DNA of 64,000 bases from Candidatus Multivoradales bacterium (GTDB lineage Bacteria > Acidobacteriota > Thermoanaerobaculia > Multivoradales > Multivoraceae), in NCBI GenBank assembly GCA_965223325.1, contig CBDCWI010000001.1, positions 1,120,001 to 1,184,000 on the forward strand, given 5' to 3'. The notes under the pieces were generated by a model, which worked only from the letters and a program-made list of their open reading frames with translations, had not been told where the DNA came from and ran no database searches. Position numbers and translations under genes: made by a program. Numbering within the stretch: the stretch's first letter is position 1; each line of letters opens with the position of its first letter. Shown here piece after piece: positions 59,485 through 64,000 of this stretch.

Positions 59485-60387
59485 TCAGGGCTTCCTGGCC
59501 GAGACCAGGTAGTAACCAAAGCGCGTGCGTGCCGCCCCGACAACGGGAGACAAGACGCAGGCCACCAGGTGCCCCCAACGAACGTTGCCGAGCCTGAGGC
59601 CGGAACGCACGAGTTCAGAGAAGAGAAAGCGCACGGTCACGAAGGGAATGTGCATGACCGATGGCGCAATGCGGTAGGAGATCTCTTCGACCTGGACGTC
59701 GTCGAAACCGACCTGCTCGAGCGCCGCGGTGAACGACCCGATCTCGGCGAAGGTCTGGACCGCCCAGTTGTGGCTGACCTTCCGCAGGCAAAAACGTAGG
59801 AGCGGGTTCATCCAGCGGTCGTGCTTGAGGAAACCGTCGGCAATCGACAGCCGCGCTCCTGGTTTGAGAATGCGAAAGGCCTCTTCGAGAAAAGCGCGCT
59901 TGCCCGCTCCCTCTGCATGGCAGGCACTCTCGATTCCCCAAGCACCATCAAAGACCGCGTCGGGGAGCGGTGTACGGGTGTAGTCGCCGGTGATGAAGCC
60001 GGGCTGCTCATCGGGTGCCCGGGCGGCGAGTACCGGGTTCTCGCGCGTCAAGGCCTCGCCCTCGCGCGCCTGTTCGAGCACCAACGTCAGGCCCATGACG
60101 CTCCACCTCGGGCACTCTGTCGCGATGAGCCTCACCGAGGCGCCCAACCCGCACCCCAGGTCGATCACCCGGGAGGGAGCCTGGTCATCGAGGTCGAGGC
60201 GCGTTCGAACCTGCCGGGTCATTTCGTCTAGGAGATCGTCGAGACGAAAGGGATTTACCCAAAAGCGCCAATAGCCGAAGTGCATGTGCAGCTTGCGGCT
60301 CCAGGCGCGATAGTCGGGCGTCGCCTGACGGTAATACGTGACGACGTCCTGGGCCTCGCCGGGATGTGGTGGGCTTGGCGCGCTCAC
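59485..60387 (-). CDS. Class I SAM-dependent methyltransferase (tocopherol/sterol MT-like)
   Basis: MHFGYW, IDLGCGLG, IESACHA, RILKPGA. Confidence 0.9.
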   Translation of the reverse strand: MSAPSPPHPGEAQDVVTYYRQATPDYRAWSRKLHMHFGYWRFWVNPFRLDDLLDEMTRQVRTRLDLDDQAPSRVIDLGCGLGASVRLIATECPRWSVMGLTLVLEQAREGEALTRENPVLAARAPDEQPGFITGDYTRTPLPDAVFDGAWGIESACHAEGAGKRAFLEEAFRILKPGARLSIADGFLKHDRWMNPLLRFCLRKVSHNWAVQTFAEIGSFTAALEQVGFDDVQVEEISYRIAPSVMHIPFVTVRFLFSELVRSGLRLGNVRWGHLVACVLSPVVGAARTRFGYYLVSARKP

Positions 60388-60428
60388 GCGCTGAATTCTA
60401 GGCTGCCGCCCCGCTCCTCAGGAGAGTC

Positions 60429-63400
60429 TCACTCCAATTCGATCACCCGGGACTGACCCGGGACGAGCTCCACCGAGGCCTCGATCACGGAGCCGTCATG
60501 CTCAGCGACGACGACGCGCCAGGTGCCGGCAACCAGAGGTCCAATGCGGGCAGCACCCAGGAGACGCAGTTCCTCGAGTGGCCGAAGTGACTTGATCCGT
60601 TGGTGTTCGAGCCGGAGCGAGGTGAGAGCGCGACGCCTCGGCCCATCGGCCATGCGAACCTCGATGGACGCGCCTGGCGCCATGGTTGCCGTCGCTGCCG
60701 CCTTCGCGCGCTCGCCCGCGGGTTCTGAGATCACCAGCTCGGCAACCGCCACCTGCTGGTGACTGTCGGTGATGAGCGCGGTCCAGCGACCGGTTGGCAG
60801 GTTTAAGAGGGGAGCGCGGTTGGTACTCGCCTCGACCCTCGAGGACTCCTGGCCGACCCGCCGACCCTGGTCATCGTATGCCTCGACATGCACTGCAACC
60901 GGAGGGGCGCCACGGGCACCGCGCACCTCGACCCAGGTCGCTACCTCGGGCCCCAGTGCGATCTCGACTGAGGCCTCGCCTTCGTTGAGCTCCACCAACC
61001 GCACCTCCTGCCTGTGCCCTTCGGCCCCGGCGGTCAACTGGTAGGTGCCTGCCGCAAGCCCTTCGTGGGAGAACGTGCCGTCAACCTCAGTCGTCGCGCG
61101 GCGGCCCCATCGTGGCGATGGTTCGCCAGCGGTAAGAAGGGTTACCAACGCGCCCAGAAGTGGCTCTCCCGCCTCATCGGTAATGACGCCTGTGATGCGT
61201 TGCGCCGGCAGCTCAAGCAGCAGGTCTTCTCCTCCCTGCACTTCGACGTCACGGTGCAGGAGTGGTCCGTTGAAGTCCGAAACCTCGATCCGCACCGGCC
61301 CCGGCTGAACAAACAGAGAAAAGTGCCCTTGCGAGTCGGTTGTCTCCTGTCTCTGGCCCTGGACTCCGACCATCAGGTTCGTCGCCGGCTCTCCGAGGGC
61401 GCCGAGCACCGTGCCGGTGATCTCGACCAGGTCACCGAAGTCGAACTCCAGGAACTCTTCGCCGCCTTCACCGAGGTCGACGGTCTTCTCGAGCGACCGC
61501 TCGTCGAGCGTGACCTTCACGAGCAGGGCCTCTGCAGGAAGCGGCGAGACGCGGAACTTGCCTTGCCAATCGACGGAACCCAGGTGGCGCCCCCACCACG
61601 GCTCTCCGAGCGGCCGCACAGCGACCAGTGCGCGTGCGAAGGCATCCACGTCGGCACCGATCACCTCACCGGTGATCGTTCCGCCCGGGCGCAGGAGCAG
61701 TTGGATGAAGTCGATGGGATCGCGACCGATTTCGATGTCCAGCTCAGCGCAGAGCCCCACGCCGTCCTTGGAAGCGCGCACCGAATACCTCTCACCCGGT
61801 GTGACTTCGTACTCGAACGTGCCATCGGCTTCGGTTCGGAGTCCGCGACCACTCATCCCTCCAGAGGCTGCGCGCTTGCGGATCGACACCGTTGCACCCG
61901 GTACGGGTTCTCCATCGGATCGCAGGACGACTCCGCGCAGGATCGGGCTCGGCTCGAGCACCCAGTCGATTCGATGCTCTCCTGGGGTGAGATCGATCTG
62001 GAGGTTCTTCGCCACATAGTTCTCGGCGTTGGCAGTGAGCAGCGAGCGCCCGGTGGGCAACCCGTCGATCTCGTAGTCGGCGCCCTCGCGAGGATTCTCT
62101 TTCTCGAGGCGTCTCGGGAACCCGAAGCGATGGCGGGCACGGTCCGAGCTCACATCGCCGGTCACCGGCTCGCCTTCGGGGTTGCGCATCTGGCCGTAGA
62201 TCGTCGCGCCGCGCCCTAGGACCACGCGCCCGAGATCGGTTTCTTCGCCGCCTTGCAGATCGACCACCTGGCCCTCGCCGGCGACGTAGCCCGGAGCGCT
62301 CATCGCCACCTTCCACTTCCCGGGCTCGAGATCGGAAACGACGAGCTTGCCTTCGGCATCGGAAAGGCCGCTCGAACCCCAAGTCCTACCGTTGGCCGAC
62401 GGCGAGAGAAACTGCAGGTTCGGCGCAGCGTTCTCGATCCCGGCGCCAGTCTCCGACACGACGACGACCTTGAACGATGCACCTCGAAGCATCACCACCT
62501 CGAGGGGCACGCCCTCGCCGGCAACGACATCCGACATCTGCTTGCCCACCCAGCCCGGACTGCGAAAATCGAGCTGCACGCGATCCCCTTCGGCCAGGCC
62601 CTCGAGGCGGAAGCGGCCATCGTGGTCCGTCTGCAGCTGATCGTTACGCTCGCTGCCGCGGGCGTACGACCTGACAGCGACCTCTCTGATGGGCTGCTCT
62701 TCGGAATCGATCACGCGCCCCTCGATGGCTACCGCAGGTGCCAGGGTAACGGTTCCCAGTGCATAGATCGCATCGGGCGCAAGCTCTGCAGCCGGCGGCA
62801 CCTCGACACCAGGCACTGTTGCCGGTGCCCATTCCGCGGTGTACACCGTGATCTCGACGGTTCCGGGTGTAAGACCCTCGAGCAGGAAGTACCCATCTGC
62901 ATCCGAGGTCGCAAAGGCCATCGCCTCGCGCCGGCGAGTCTTGGTCGCGCTCCATTCCGAGAGCGTGACCTCGGCACCCGAGACCGCGTTGCCGCTCGGG
63001 TCGACCACCCAGCCCTCACCCACAACCGCCGACGCAACGTCGATGTCAAAGCGCCGCTCGAACTCGCTGGGCTGAAAGGCCGGAACGTCGAAGCTCTCGC
63101 TGGCGATCCCAGGCGCTGCGACCCGCACCGCGGTCGCTCCGGACCCGAGGGCCAACGAGTATTCACCACGCTCATTGGTCCATGCCGCCCGCGTTTGCGC
63201 CTCGAGCGCCGCACCGGGCAGGGGATCCCCCTGGTGGCGAACGGTGCCGGTCACGCGTCGTTCTCTCTGCAACTCAAACAGGTTTTCACCCGTGGGGTCG
63301 ACGTGCCACACGTCCTGGCGCCCGTAGCCCGGAGCCGCTGCGAAGTTCAGAGTTCTCCTTCGCGGCGAGACTGCGACGTCGAAGTGCCCCGATGGGTCAG

Positions 63401-64000
63401 CCGGGAAGGCACCGGCATGACCGAAGTAGAGCCAAGCCCCCGGTACTCCTTCTTGGTCCCCATCGGCCTGGACTTCGACCACTCGACCGCGCCAGGAGCT
63501 GGCCTCTTCGAGTTGAATCGTGGTGGCGTCTTCGAGCGACGTCTCGCCGTTGAGAGGGACGACCTGGCTCGCGCCGATGCGTGCCCGCGCAACCGCACCG
63601 CTGGCCGAGCGCACTGTGATGGTGAGGTTGCCAGTGGGAGAACGTCCCGGCTGCGCCTTGAAGCCGGCAGTGTCGAACGGCACTTCGAAGATCCCCGAAG
63701 CCTCGCGGCCCTCAGCAGGTGCCGCAGTCGCAACCGAAAAGACCGGCCCAGGATCGAGAGCCAGGGTGGCGCTAGCGGCCGGAGCGCCGCCCGGTTCGAG
63801 CAGGCGCAGAGCCACTCCACGCTTGCGCTGCAGAATGAGAGTCAGGGACGACTGTTCCAGGTCCTGAAAGCTCAGTCGCTGGGGTGCGTAGCCCGATGCC
63901 ACGATGTAGACGAAGCCACCAGGTGGTCGCTCGCCGGCAATCGGTTGGACCTTCGGCAGCTCGAGATCAATTGACCCGTCGCGGGTAGCGGCACTGCTCG
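60429..64000 (-). CDS. Carboxypeptidase-regulatory-like (transthyretin-like) repeat protein, 5'-partial
   Basis: Repeated G-x-V-x-D-x-x-G-x-P and TD-x-x-G-x-F units; the frame stays open from 63902 to the window edge. Confidence 0.85.
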   Translation of the reverse strand, partial: SSAATRDGSIDLELPKVQPIAGERPPGGFVYIVASGYAPQRLSFQDLEQSSLTLILQRKRGVALRLLEPGGAPAASATLALDPGPVFSVATAAPAEGREASGIFEVPFDTAGFKAQPGRSPTGNLTITVRSASGAVARARIGASQVVPLNGETSLEDATTIQLEEASSWRGRVVEVQADGDQEGVPGAWLYFGHAGAFPADPSGHFDVAVSPRRRTLNFAAAPGYGRQDVWHVDPTGENLFELQRERRVTGTVRHQGDPLPGAALEAQTRAAWTNERGEYSLALGSGATAVRVAAPGIASESFDVPAFQPSEFERRFDIDVASAVVGEGWVVDPSGNAVSGAEVTLSEWSATKTRRREAMAFATSDADGYFLLEGLTPGTVEITVYTAEWAPATVPGVEVPPAAELAPDAIYALGTVTLAPAVAIEGRVIDSEEQPIREVAVRSYARGSERNDQLQTDHDGRFRLEGLAEGDRVQLDFRSPGWVGKQMSDVVAGEGVPLEVVMLRGASFKVVVVSETGAGIENAAPNLQFLSPSANGRTWGSSGLSDAEGKLVVSDLEPGKWKVAMSAPGYVAGEGQVVDLQGGEETDLGRVVLGRGATIYGQMRNPEGEPVTGDVSSDRARHRFGFPRRLEKENPREGADYEIDGLPTGRSLLTANAENYVAKNLQIDLTPGEHRIDWVLEPSPILRGVVLRSDGEPVPGATVSIRKRAASGGMSGRGLRTEADGTFEYEVTPGERYSVRASKDGVGLCAELDIEIGRDPIDFIQLLLRPGGTITGEVIGADVDAFARALVAVRPLGEPWWGRHLGSVDWQGKFRVSPLPAEALLVKVTLDERSLEKTVDLGEGGEEFLEFDFGDLVEITGTVLGALGEPATNLMVGVQGQRQETTDSQGHFSLFVQPGPVRIEVSDFNGPLLHRDVEVQGGEDLLLELPAQRITGVITDEAGEPLLGALVTLLTAGEPSPRWGRRATTEVDGTFSHEGLAAGTYQLTAGAEGHRQEVRLVELNEGEASVEIALGPEVATWVEVRGARGAPPVAVHVEAYDDQGRRVGQESSRVEASTNRAPLLNLPTGRWTALITDSHQQVAVAELVISEPAGERAKAAATATMAPGASIEVRMADGPRRRALTSLRLEHQRIKSLRPLEELRLLGAARIGPLVAGTWRVVVAEHDGSVIEASVELVPGQSRVIELE

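Noticed and set aside
61014-63974. Long antisense ORFs (e.g. 62253..63974, 47312..48613, 22500..23705, 27965..29152)
   Set aside because: Shadow frames opposite motif-supported genes, with no recognisable motifs of their own.

Overview
GC-rich 64 kb chromosomal window. The gene mix (DUF885, DUF1800/DUF1501, PQQ-type propeller, PufC-like di-heme cytochrome, carboxypeptidase-regulatory repeats) suggests Acidobacteriota, possibly Thermoanaerobaculia; this is inference. About 50 CDS are supportable: core genes (eno, split pntA/pntB, arfB, adenosine deaminase, MscS, MdlA/MdlB-type ABC pair, glycerate 2-kinase), many exported hydrolases, and two type II VapC toxin-antitoxin modules. I found no tRNA, rRNA, CRISPR array or transposase. 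The main signals beyond the ORF track are: (1) a peroxiredoxin-like selenoprotein (UxxC) split at an in-frame TGA followed by a bacterial SECIS-type hairpin; (2) a shared C-terminal [IL]F-x-x-x-FE[ST]-x4-W tag on three unrelated exported proteins, a candidate sorting signal; (3) an unrecognised ~135-aa CBM-like module present three times in two proteins 50 kb apart, once inserted inside an Ig-like fold; (4) many apparently leaderless genes, including a divergent pair whose -10 boxes overlap; (5) a 61-bp tandem triplication of a translation start region; (6) a StyC-like membrane protein that appears to lack the catalytic Tyr; (7) a long structured intergenic inverted repeat. All family assignments come from motif recognition by eye, not database searches.
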